64,000 nucleotides of DNA, taken from the NCBI GenBank assembly GCA_964019425.1, contig OZ025798.1, positions 744,001-808,000 of the forward strand, read 5' to 3'. Every line of letters begins with the position of its first letter. Position 1 is the first letter of the stretch. The position numbers were made by a program, and so were the translations under genes. Positions 36,501 to 42,205 of the stretch are shown in pieces. The DNA is from Flectonema sp. DT1601 (lineage: Eukaryota). The notes beneath the pieces were generated by a model that did not search any database, was not told the origin of the DNA, and saw only the letters and a program-made list of their open reading frames with translations.

Positions 36501-38370
36501 ACAAATAGCTTCTAGTCACAGTGTTATTTCACCGGGTGAAGTCGATCCGTTGTTGTTGTCACCGACTAGACCAGATATGACTTTGTCGGGATTGCAACAG
36601 ATTCCAGATATCTGTAAATCTCATTTCATCAGTCGAACAGAAAATCGATTTATAAATGTAAGTTGGGATAATATAGAAAGAGAGTTGTCGTATGCCTCAG
36701 GTAGTTTGCTCCCTCGGTTACGATCAACTGTTCCACCGAATTTCAAATTTTACGACCCGAACTCTTCCGCTACAGCAATTGGTATCAATACTATTGAAGA
36801 TACTTGTAAAGCAAGTCTAGCAGCATTCCCTGAGAGAATGAATCTTCCTTTAAGTTCTGATCAAGAAGCAGCTTTAAAACTATCAATTCACAAACATGAT
36901 AAAACTGATGTAATGAACTGCATCGTTGCATTAAATCGATTATTCGATGCAAATGACGTCACTGGAACACGGGTTCCACTCTCTGTTGAGCTTCAGAGAA
37001 GACAACCAAGAGATGCTGGGGATTTACCTCTTCCTCAGGAAGGGTTTATTGTGATTGTTTGTGAGCAATGTCAGGCGGTGTTGAGTTTCTTTTTGAAGAA
37101 ATTACAAAAACGGGATTGGGAAACATCAGACTTACCAATTGAATTAACCCACCCGATGAGTTCCGAATTAGAAGAATGTCTTGACAGAGACATCACATCA
37201 ATCTGTACAAAGAGAACTACTGCTGATGTTCTTGACTACATTGAAGACTTGTCAACTACATTAAGAAATGCTGAGCAACACCGATTAAAGAATATGGAAA
37301 ATCCTCAACTTGGAATCGTCGACGTTCTTGCCAGAGATCTACTGATGGATTTCGAAGACGAGTTTGATCAAATTTTCATTAAGGTTAAATGTAGTGAATA
37401 CGCTTCTCTCCGAAGATGGTTAACGAGAACAGCTCGCAAACTCAGATCTCTGAAAGCTGACACCAAACAACACTTATGGATCGAATCAAATGCAGAAGTT
37501 CCTGAAATAACAATTACTGTAACTCAACCAGATGTACTCAGTGAGTTATTATTATCAATAGATGATGACTTAAAGGTAACAAATGTTGAAGGATTACTAC
37601 ACAAGTCAGGTATTCTTCCAGGGATGTATATATCCGCAATCGCTGATAGAACTGTTAGCTGTCGGGAAGAGTTTCAGGAAGCGTTGTCGAGAGCTGCTTC
37701 AGAACCTTCTTTTACAATTATAGTAACAGTTGATGAAGAAGATTATCAAATAGAATCATCAACAGGAACTGATAAACAAAAAGTAAGACTTGACTATAAG
37801 ATTCTAGAAGAGACAATATCCTACGCTGATGACACTCCCACAAAGAAACGAAGAGGAGTTCAACCAGTTAGGTCAAGCGCAGCCAGAGGATGGACAAAGT
37901 TAAGGGGGTACATGAGAGAAGTAGAAAGTACTGAACAACAAAGACAAGAAGCTGTAAATACTGAACCACCTCCACAAGAAAGAAAACCTCCTCTTCTTGA
38001 AGATGCAGAAGAACAAGTGATTGAAGAAATAATTGATGATGATGACTTTCCCAGATCAAGTTCATTCCCAACTCAATGGTCTGGACCATCAGTACCAGGA
38101 TTACCTGAAGCTCTCCCTCGAGTTACATCTGATTCAATGTTATCAACTTCTAGTACTGGAAGTAGGAGTAAGAATAGAGACAGAGAACTAACTTCAACAA
38201 TATCACAACTCGGTCAACAAGTCACATCACTGGCAGAACAAAATACCGAATTAGAATCACAATCAGCTCGTCAGCAGGGTCGAATCACATCACTCGAAAC
38301 CCGCCTTCAAGAGCAACAGGACGAGGTTACTCGTTTAAATGAAAAACTTAAAGGGCAGAATCCAAAGTAA
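18550..38370 (+). CDS. Giant (6606 aa) RNF213/mysterin-like AAA+ ATPase with inserted SPRY x3, PDZ-like and SH3-like domains
   Basis: Collinear RNF213-type motifs: GPSGTGKS, FIVFIDEMN, CAVNPH, VSQRDIHRTMKLFDFF, MENLF..LGVILHGAPGTSKTLS, LFVDEAGL, LKVLHYYLE, LDPAISNR, FGLRDLFHLM, ERNFNG, AMETGKTVWL..LFDVFNQNY, RVHKNF, PSPFLNRLEK. Single uninterrupted 19.8-kb ORF. Confidence 0.9.
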   Translation: MSHMTGSDPALLGSVVDKMRSYLQKICIQGTISRNNVRGPCAWLMDTFEDEVRKHGMERSKIPGHYGYREPNDFYFPCILQCVKIVHTIASKDKGGCLKQSTGCYRSLTIILSMHNVLTDLLVRPSKEYEEVSSECHAALLQVEHTCMEALYQLVSSSKSPPNSAWSELEHLKDCSGNSYHYCWDTVPPKAIKHSLNSIAYGKIGASSYRKMIEIRACLRGSIIPWKTILTKLVTETKDPRRCAEMLLWEASTSGGKYAPTPLPSIEVPVLLRRCADGVPPEMIWEFLEDPSLPSKAAEEHLASQQPGYSLEGKWVYGGSSNYTIDRRDDQLQWSETTHSRTLEGTVRPARDEGQPNIPPSFPGAQWSAFLSNGGAIFLRVLGPHALESIYKDNAESNSSGLKTVATKSMESSKDTVVGYCSRLLQTTLQAQPNPDYVVRFKKVVEGLPQLAEGFVDHLEKRFDVRYCNPATIVSMLMAIPNSGGGSGAPPPPGVPPGRGNQGVSQSKISGPNGFLKRQSQRRPSINLFSIIAEGLEMGMPIAAQDCMTMIKEISQSSFGAPDPAGVLLVMSASGRTDFDGIWNWNHGYQEKDYECAFEICSHHIRCVHPQLASASITGIEYGGDSLEFNIVLRSGEHGAAVPNANNCELAQDQNMEIGDRVRVRDHATTDWKLGIVTQTEEPATQKAEVKVRIDTMQTPFTWVYIQKVIAPPPVEGGGGGSSSSAWNSAIKVRMFRNPHTKKYYGDWKDWGTENDCLFVESNTSSPEAGGYHIGQVGCELLSPVIQEWISRWDPRGCGNRIFNNATDLVEQVINGDIYQRDILLPSYWEWFIVRLISNHFRFVADLDAWVLGGDEGLQTLDGDRQRAAQILLNCYISNRRVDWTSTPIDIKKLTPLGKVYGERMIKFIDEVMKSQVELQEQIDNKMLSRSQNIEFERHHVILEANGIQLHSQENIEAVNKVLRGVEHTTAMLRELVDRWGVTGADKLLDNLEETLRQRDLTPLKTIELLHVEVRERLGAALQYADAATSPLLRSHFLKHTQGGICVDKFPEKFNEVLIATTKLTMSTTCIDCVANLDPVEGGYAEGRRDAESRLLTAIGVSPDVIESLLKGALPLRLAVHGLQAFRRLATNPPSQGLKFHENFFDADQDQILLDLDADAVPLEDCSSTLANLRSVTAGCRPHVLRLVSAVLQCGALVDFIRRHPETQDTGLANVLANARDKQHADFQTFLEACTYINPFVAASEIHAQMVKEQEEDPEDTSVMLRPVVYCSGFFTALQDAFAGEEISNMAVLEEMLLTTSEKDKLEALEQLVASKTTSTDALVAQCNKLFKAFIDVQLPPTGAPTLTCIQVDNTELSLAQYKDVIFRATLQKNSDPILASFVQQAKEVLRAFLSCCSLFDEGHLEFRGRHVKFEHGEAMQIHNLLQSIRGQWITGSLTKGRDTNKPQDSLLASAIRTQPILGTLSSAELVRLALLLRNATPISETRQSSELTSSTLRPSRSVALSTGSNLIKNELLMSVVESMKSAKLTLIKTQPEEFTPEEAGEKETISWYRKHSSIEFSEDNCRATRRTDQVGHPPMAVGGKSISEGSVDWDIEILSGPLSSSTQIGVCHPEIDVSGGTVSYTKRWALSSRGKLWGANNSIGTVSGYAVGDVITIHVNADEGTVHFSVNGERKSLGITNVKLPVAPCAVMHDPGMSCRIMLAPTTKENDNNITICGSMHANGIYSPTCDTYMRSDGAVLCPADGGWAVYSAATSSAKLLIASVKSHRGFTIHPSRIGDWRQTRDSLLHEEHTEYDTQIYVGNTDQNSGRTNTAGDESWKASVKEAAKEKSHSIDPKGVVILFDEQEPIEDENETKDITTTATTAGQENNDETNSLDSEDFGFDIFEDEEGKPVELGCSFTEIDDMLLIDKVTIGSIAFDASVLSGHRVLAILFGPEAGRRGSASTLRERLKLACASASQFTIITQSAAVWSHSSSDLVTKHIQQISNPSQSSSAESLLNKLVSTVSGRVEQEKVNTFSSAFSPLPASEWEIRLVGNLYGARVGAASQLFSTTESVNSDTNKSNSVWLLRDGSIYHNDVTIQSTSGALRSGDVVKIRVTVLSTTKTTIEFYINGKKLRDGISGNFNKLYPVVYLPSKGSSATIRNGLSLSEEAVSIPQLEWTSFSQHIVTVSGSSQSVRRRNDSGYAAAIGEEFSAVDHKYAFELEISNTCDNSLFGVMSKGVNLERVLPGGSDTSIWGLAIRSDNGELHSASGSVADPTDDLKFGTGDRIKFVIDFNTKCIDIFKNGVRKYSSKDNNILIPDGTILTPWACLGNNVTCTIHYVPISGPPPPPPPPQTEESDTDSSDSGFGLFDDEDDDTSCPPPFKVGDIVSFNNLVAPGMFFSQSWKPTLTNLIGQQARITRIKGAITSVVVTSDNTKYQVNHVCLIKAPKKQASTTAKVEDCIYIRNSLGGIADGVYKKSTPIYTRQDRRTQIIHWNNRWVVTDMTDRGIVWCESSEEPLGSHGVLWTEAKRSPIEPPLFIRISGSSVPGLYQLQSNRLHLGRPIWLNPMNGYVVSWSEKSCWNISQESKVIKSVPVAFAQSLHEEGTVCSLPTSAKLWCVGDGDSMIIDPTISVVPIYSGETLVEHEGSHYMKSEWDYIIKSKKSTSSASPPERFGEIIKTTSDVNLLIDLRKVNQMVTTETDPMTDEELAGWHIVHGSTGSCPRGPSLRFALSEIAVDQNKEIMWKKWANAASAQNDVKNASLVILQRIGKFLQRLEGSADSRKINNFDATQRLNRYGPISERTIEGNVVDVSRLSGPDARAFGLSLFSRDSLQPHFVLDCTQSTPPEDVHNFIVRYKELSAGRLLVNNVQVLPADTQAEVRQAAREVNTHKELIALITEGSGVDESVEQVDYRCCDIQWKRWAHERVSKLRRFDSVTYFNQKSGSGKSFTIEKKIIAPHRAANPHAPVVILDLDSTCTLQGVCEQLLSPLRADCGLIVVNVAHDSNVKLVNTVLDSLVFFGKVSSPSGKTVVIPRNGWNMSVEVQECDDVNMKNIINILSLDGIAIPGEVLPFRFSEIDNSLEALQFLDKHTEGLKDVPPEEQLRMICRGTPPPDIRPMGLTWDEDTAVTNAVTAEESQKRAQLDAKPVSVRSMARVARLLATRFVKFASTFAYSDHEGVGVREVRSLVAETMRHAAYQYIDPTIPDMFHLRVSDDPVPTMMLLSGKVPQPIEKARDAVRGAIQNHMRAIYGGNIPYGVASNVELVDLEQKPLYSLVEVLATEMSVAEKATSSLLTEKGYVLISDFLQKMLQLSEHIELNDTSILQGPSGTGKSFCVSLLAALEQLSKRHGFEGLSTTLVEFIRSQTVKELFPESMSDQVGDVPNVLWNAVNREDYQNVFDVLDAISDRPPQVAVRALDIIRKALLDLVGPMLSDPRLHPEVSQKMYETDDMLTACTILRSGCEISENASEDEYMMSVFQLKNVITNIVHALSRIGRAYMTQTVVGCVEECIEREVYPAIIDDERLITMIKKEHLTTSLLEWARDVPIRCGERTFDVLKSIKQFCRSQLSLNRLLKPCAELKKFIETSDEALQPKAAPQKLRKGKPRKVQNKQPTTEIPNIAQVIEWMLACTRADNFKSVLMSYDMTPDDLFQEVRPIFENASECPSVRFIVFIDEMNASGMMGLLKRLVVDRSWSLWGQYKNTSDSKIPTNISFVCAVNPHKKDVSLEGATVDSTTHVDPEQRNQPNVDSELGFDVQALPTPCKDHVIPWKQLSDDQRDLFVARRLGNNRSLFSYHVPTGQIDTLAGVILTAHKHVQQHLIQSRSRSTVSQRDIHRTMKLFDFFFDRNHDFVTGSGRPPTQVWHRALSAMLAAASIGYYFRLIPSQRILLAEDITQYLFTAQRQQNADEAPESMFHIPEDFSFSQSVQRAVDLYCCSDHMKLPEAVFQHQGLMENLFAQLVCFHLRLGVILHGAPGTSKTLSNNIIRDNMTGRGDFMDKFAQISEVCRYQGSSQSTADEIKRKCTEALESQQRHDAVGRRNKRSLLFVDEAGLVGSGEKARQWGLKVLHYYLEAGLAAVLMTNDPLDPAISNRCVEVYLSKPCEDELAAICCGILHPKGSNALSDTSKQIIPACCKAFGSLMDGGSGATIAERRTPAELKWWFGLRDLFHLMRFLRRQQTDSLEIKITPEMLMRGLERNFNGLPELFGVVVETFGDAMSVAGLPEYGNNSLRGLARRKLEVVSDSLNDNNRASEGAARNLNDMWVRFKLLVDTTADGTLLGLLHSTKVHDFNDVQVLSLSALSEDELMPVTVVSQIAAAMETGKTVWLTNTRAIDGCLFDVFNQNYQCCTNGRNQVLHFVALAIGATLEYKRVHKNFQAIVHVTRAELSPDVLPSPFLNRLEKFTVGIEDILEHTTHRLPDREKRLAAWAREKCGRFIRCLSVTDRCLFSAKPSDTLDSVVLESIAKGKIELLPPDARIAVDESLATFLWGNSKSKEDTGTLWRSRALRLFNLMRPEGMFLAQRVLQKAPAYVRSYFVSLSPWSIRSYCKHLKSLHHTSWKRTVVYSPDNVDFADVLHSEPYVRLVSLDGMAKAERGAEDLQEEVYRFVESDSLSVFVVLINPSYIGLPIVREVRHLLENPPEDTVQRGRKAVVLLQSFRPSEYSTSCTPLFSTGWDQEYIDASADVIGLDILRYTDSSIVGKKSIATTATWTAIETVLPEALADVDASQVNVPPPPLLEGDRAAPLYDTRQPFSDRLQLAKDLLDKCSAVKAALVSLYNRYLPTPEQLVGMAQEVAARGDESSHSLAALLKAEENKIPCHLATIALRLLLEDRNASALLSGTVSKEVDKLMARALCLSIDGMTFDQLLMFKAHELPPLVIGPSSPRLPGSLALAEQLTVGGTVQNTLEEAKRLAILHENGPVGELIRIIHRDQNLVTAFFTDCLRSRIRHSDVDVERAALGLVLQLARCRYVEIFGQHEPETIWSIRAMCAVEATLIDNFVLTVLPLASTGVLTHVTTEESQSLVQTEVDPQQLCMTLLVKSLRSMSTDGLIFAKWLSAIASTAHTAFHSKLYFKELHCLSITAKAFSLLSSTDTPKNIDHWIQFVDKSVEQITNNPERKMYVEIDSLKEAVNNTSSDLQCDWRVALQLAEIYQNSSGISTKEATEILSLIFEIISNSSSDEQTGLTRGIACRILSNVISDDAPHHIIELVYSFSSKIHPEKISAISYNPPSSVQQCTPVLKSMLYTSVYDVSFSRFDTLIFTQIVEKCLNLKKLISELPSTDTATKLYHTVCLCASQRTFIKMLARLFASAEQSGGQLSIPMCEQVTLLAHELLDQVGWKFPGLQQDFTENLKSEVLDNVNTFLSEVGKQMGTKGLLHLLNDEASSKKSTISRICGHVLEYYCKNSDPLETRPGDLPFVYTAEDPLHNLFLDIKTALCKSHETHQIKRLVDLIRDSKQTVHIYELRLVVFFTFAREFLGARECHSRASDIVKSDIVMILQLSERQQHLLHVFLDPVKITANLPQPVGLCDEKGPIRKGFKDCWTEIMVTIMSAAAAVPDTMLGTFALSVDDVHGTYIVGDRTRSPVQSGGDYKFDCVTQIDLEGQLASYVDQSTMKLGTSYLLWAIQFGALAWQAALWPATHVIMWTEMFSSDLTRRVHGFQQELSDHQLLVANMTERSQTYLTHLGMNVSLTVDEASRLVSNFCYHITRDAVADDKLHKQREEAARAAAAGQEPEATPPPSNTFTGSYLSQRFNYKKIPQPNPTLNQPSTDAKNPLLQHTFASSDEAIAGERHMEAWYNVLTAGCKPRLQPPNINLCKTTVAMTQWAHDREPSDLPTYQDVLSTFRSSSPDVAPLLAMALNENRRLAILPCLVKCIVTVTSRLHTGLSGKIPISEARRPVKEMLRTCYPVNQSEVADEQWKALRTNWSRYVKEVGPIGYQCGERGVITFEIEENAPLNMMLSLPEVDCPLPLHQNIIANALSSLTRIYNDCQQIASSHSVISPGEVDPLLLSPTRPDMTLSGLQQIPDICKSHFISRTENRFINVSWDNIERELSYASGSLLPRLRSTVPPNFKFYDPNSSATAIGINTIEDTCKASLAAFPERMNLPLSSDQEAALKLSIHKHDKTDVMNCIVALNRLFDANDVTGTRVPLSVELQRRQPRDAGDLPLPQEGFIVIVCEQCQAVLSFFLKKLQKRDWETSDLPIELTHPMSSELEECLDRDITSICTKRTTADVLDYIEDLSTTLRNAEQHRLKNMENPQLGIVDVLARDLLMDFEDEFDQIFIKVKCSEYASLRRWLTRTARKLRSLKADTKQHLWIESNAEVPEITITVTQPDVLSELLLSIDDDLKVTNVEGLLHKSGILPGMYISAIADRTVSCREEFQEALSRAASEPSFTIIVTVDEEDYQIESSTGTDKQKVRLDYKILEETISYADDTPTKKRRGVQPVRSSAARGWTKLRGYMREVESTEQQRQEAVNTEPPPQERKPPLLEDAEEQVIEEIIDDDDFPRSSSFPTQWSGPSVPGLPEALPRVTSDSMLSTSSTGSRSKNRDRELTSTISQLGQQVTSLAEQNTELESQSARQQGRITSLETRLQEQQDEVTRLNEKLKGQNPK

Positions 38371-38371
38371 G

Positions 38372-38454
38372 GTATGTGTGTATTTTTGTAGGATGGTTTT
38401 TTTTTTCTTGAACGAAAATAAAATTACAAAAAAAAAGAAAAAAAAAAAAAACAG
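38372..38454 (+). other. Putative intron immediately after the stop codon of the giant gene
   Basis: GTATGT at 38372, T-rich 5' half, A-run + CAG ending 38454; same anatomy as the RPS23 and Rho introns. Confidence 0.6.
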
Positions 38455-38630
38455 GATCGATTTACGCCAATAGTTAATAAAAAACTCGCAATTTACTTGT
38501 TGATAGCAATGTACTTGTATTATTTCCCTGGCCTCTCTCTGCTTCTCTTACTCTCTCAAACCTCATTTCCCCTTTTTATTTCTAGTCTTTTTGGTGTGAT
38601 AATGATTGTTATTATTTTTTTGCATTTCCC

Positions 38631-38666
<36 letters not shown>

Positions 38667-39311
38667 CTCAAAACGAATAAAATACACCACAAATAAATAA
38701 TTTATTTTTTTTCCATTTTGTTTTTATTTTTTATTTTTATACGTACACTCACGATACTTATTTCTGGCTCGCCTACTAAAGGAGCAGCAGTGTTTTTTAT
38801 TTTATTTTTGAAAATCACCAAGTTTTGTTTTCTCTCTTTGATTTAAAAAAGAGTTGAAAGGAATCTCGTATGTGCTTTTTACGCACTGATTTCTTTTTTT
38901 TTTTTTTTTTTGCGAAAGCTACAACTCTCGCTTGCTTTTATTCAGCTGCGATTTGCGTACAAAATTGGCCATGCTTGTTAGCCGACATTCTTATTCCCCT
39001 TACATGGTGAAGACGATCGACTTTTTTCCCCTCATTTCTTCTTCTTTTTTCTTGGAGAAGGGTACTTTTCTTGAAACCCTTAACCTTGTTGCCCTTCATG
39101 CTTGATACCGGCCACAGGCTGTTCGTATCCCCTTTTTATTAATGTTTTTATTTTTATGATTTCCTGATAACCACTTGCCATGCGCATCGACACTTCGTTG
39201 ATTTCTTTCGGGGAGCAGCTTCTACCCTATCTGCATTCCTTAGTAGTCGTCTAAATTAGATTTACTGATTTGATTATTTAGTTTATTTTTATAATACAGT
39301 CGATCGGTAAT

Positions 39312-40028
39312 ATGTCGGTAGTTTCATCTGCTACTGGTTCAGTTCAGACAGCTAGTCAGATTGTGCCTCTACCTATGCCAATGATGATGGATTCTACGGG
39401 AACAGGTCAAATGATTGGAGGGAGTGGGTCCATAATACATAATCAGCCTTCACATGCATCTGATTCAAATGAGGTCATGGCAGCTGAAGTAGGAGAAGAA
39501 GCAATCTATGCAAAGAAACGAAAAGAAATGATGACCATGATGGGGGGAGCTGATATCGCCAGGGCTATGACTTCTCCAGTTCGAGACCGTCCTATAGTCG
39601 CATCAACGCCCGTCTCTCAGTCTGTACTTCCGCATTATTACCCAGGGAGTACTTCTACTGTAGCATCAAATAGACATGTTCAAGAAAATATGAATTTATC
39701 CTCAACAGTAAATAACTTACAATTAGAGATAGCAGACAAAGATAGAGTTATAAAATCTATGGAAGCAGCTCTTGGATATATGAGAGAACAACTTGTTCTC
39801 AAAGATTCTGAGATAACTTCATTAATAGATGAAACACACACACTTAATTCACAACTTAGTAAATACCAACATACAGTTGATCAAAGGCATCTTATTACAA
39901 CAGTTGATTCGGTAATGAAACAGTTGGATGGCTTGAGACAGTTGGCTGCTACTGCGCCTACCCCTCAATCTCCACGATCGCCATGGCAAGGAGCTTTGCA
40001 TAACACGCTTCATGGATCTGTTTTATAA
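39312..40028 (+). CDS. Hypothetical protein with C-terminal coiled coil
   Basis: 238-aa ORF, AG acceptor at 39299; heptad region NLSSTVNNLQLEIADKD...LNSQL. Confidence 0.7.
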   Translation: MSVVSSATGSVQTASQIVPLPMPMMMDSTGTGQMIGGSGSIIHNQPSHASDSNEVMAAEVGEEAIYAKKRKEMMTMMGGADIARAMTSPVRDRPIVASTPVSQSVLPHYYPGSTSTVASNRHVQENMNLSSTVNNLQLEIADKDRVIKSMEAALGYMREQLVLKDSEITSLIDETHTLNSQLSKYQHTVDQRHLITTVDSVMKQLDGLRQLAATAPTPQSPRSPWQGALHNTLHGSVL

Positions 40029-40261
40029 AGTTTTGGTGGTTTTGGAAAAAAAAAAAAAAAAAAAAAATATTTTATAGAAAATAATAAGCGATCGTAATTA
40101 AATTAAAATGATTCGCATTCTCCGGCCTGCCCACCTGCAGATTTTTTTTATGTTTCTGTTTTTAGTTAGAGTTATTCTTGTATTTATGTTTACATAATAG
40201 TTTGGTGTAGAAGGTATTTATTCACTTATCTTTCTCAGGTCATTTAATTTAACGTTACCTA

Positions 40262-42133
40262 CTTCGTGATGACAAACTACTTTCTATATTTCACCTCTGA
40301 CGCTTTGAGGAGTCGGGCAACCTTCTCCTTTGATACGAATAACCTTTTAACGTCTATTTGTCTGAATATCGTATCACCACGTTGACCTATTCTCTTGTTC
40401 TCTTCGTGATGACAAACTACTTTCTATATTTCACCTCTGACGCTTTGAGGAATTGGGCAACCTTCTCCTTTGATACGAATAACCTTTTAACGTCTATTTG
40501 TCTGAATATCGTATCACCACGTCGATCTGTTCTCTTTGTGATGACAAACTACTTTCTATATTTCACCTCTGACGCTTTGAGGAGTCGGGCAACCTTCTCC
40601 TTTGATACGAATAACCTTTTAACGTCTATTTGTCTGAATATCGTATCACCACGTTGACCTATTCTCTTGTTCTCTTCGTGATGACAAACTACTTTCTATA
40701 TTTCACCTCTGACGCTTTGAGGAGTCGGGCAACCTTCTCCTTTGATACGAATAACCTTTTAACGTCTATTTGTCTGAATATCGTATCACCACGTCGATCT
40801 GTTCTCTTTGTGATGACAAACTACTTTCTATATTTCACCTCTGACGCTTTGAGGAGTCGGGCAACCTTCTCCTTTGATACGAATAACCTTTTAACGTCTA
40901 TTTGTCTGAATATCGTATCACCACGTTGACCTATTCTCTTGTTCTCTTCGTGATGACAAACTACTTTCTATATTTCACCTCTGACGCTTTGAGGAATTGG
41001 GCAACCTTCTCCTTTGATACGAATAACCTTTTAACGTCTATTTGTCTGAATATCGTATCACCACGTTGACCTATTCTCTTGTTCTCTTCGTGATGACAAA
41101 CTACTTTCTATATTTCACCTCTGACGCTTTGAGGAATTGGGCAACCTTCTCCTTTGATACGAATAACCTTTTAACGTCTATTTGTCTGAATATCGTATCA
41201 CCACGTTGACCTATTCTCTTGTTCTCTTCGTGATGACAAACTACTTTCTATATTTCACCTCTGACGCTTTGAGGAGTCGGGCAACCTTCTCCTTTGATAC
41301 GAATAACCTTTTAACGTCTATTTGTCTGAATATCGTATCACCACGTTGACCTATTCTCTTGTTCTCTTCGTGATGACAAACTACTTTCTATATTTCACCT
41401 CTGACGCTTTGAGGAATTGGGCAACCTTCTCCTTTGATACGAATAACCTTTTAACGTCTATTTGTCTGAATATCGTATCACCACGTCGATCTGTTCTCTT
41501 TGTGATGACAAACTACTTTCTATATTTCACCTCTGACGCTTTGAGGAGTCGGGCAACCTTCTCCTTTGATACGAATAACCTTTTAACGTCTATTTGTCTG
41601 AATATCGTATCACCACGTTGACCTATTCTCTTGTTCTCTTCGTGATGACAAACTACTTTCTATATTTCACCTCTGACGCTTTGAGGAATTGGGCAACCTT
41701 CTCCTTTGATACGAATAACCTTTTAACGTCTATTTGTCTGAATATCGTATCACCACGTCGATCTGTTCTCTTTGTGATGACAAACTACATTCTATATTTC
41801 ACCTCTGACGCTTTGAGGAGTCGGGCAACCTTCTCCTTTGATACGAATAACCTTTTAACGTCTATTTGTCTGAATATCGTATCACCACGTCGATCTGTTC
41901 TCTTTGTGATGACAAACTACTTTCTATATTTCACCTCTGACGCTTTGAGGAGTCGGGCAACCTTCTCCTTTGATACGAATAACCTTTTAACGTCTATTTG
42001 TCTGAATATCGTATCACCACGTCGATCTGTTCTCTTTGTGATGACAAACTACTTTCTATATTTCACCTCTGACGCTTTGAGGAGTCGGGCAACCTTCTCC
42101 TTTGATACGAATAACCTTTTAACGTCTATTTGT
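40262..42133 (+). ncRNA. Tandem array of 14 putative box C/D snoRNA genes (132/140-bp units; last copy has a diverged tail)
   Basis: C box GTGATGA at 40266, 40406, 40538, 40678, 40810, 40950, 41090, 41230, 41370, 41502, 41642, 41774, 41906, 42038. Internal CTGA and TGAGGA, distal CTGA about 97 nt after the C box. ATTTCACCTCTGACGC is the complement of SSU rRNA GCGUCAGAGGUGAAAU. The repeat is certain; the snoRNA call is inference. Confidence 0.7.
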
Positions 42134-42205
42134 TGTATGAGTATCGATGGTGAATAGCCCTGCGATTATTATTGAATTCTATTTTATTACAGATTTGAAT
42201 AATAA

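Noticed and set aside
19433..38089. Short antisense and alternate-frame ORFs inside long genes
   Set aside because: Shadow ORFs with no motifs, expected opposite long coding frames.
38948..38980. U6 snRNA-like words on the minus strand (AGCATGGCC..ACGCAAATCG)
   Set aside because: No ACAGAGA box or internal stem-loop; matches are short enough to be chance.
40262..42133. CRISPR array
   Set aside because: Whole units are repeated with no unique spacers, there are no cas genes, and the context is eukaryotic.
40358..42157. Repeated 99-187-aa ORFs in the array
   Set aside because: They start at TTG, the 140-bp units break frame, and the RNA motifs explain the sequence better.
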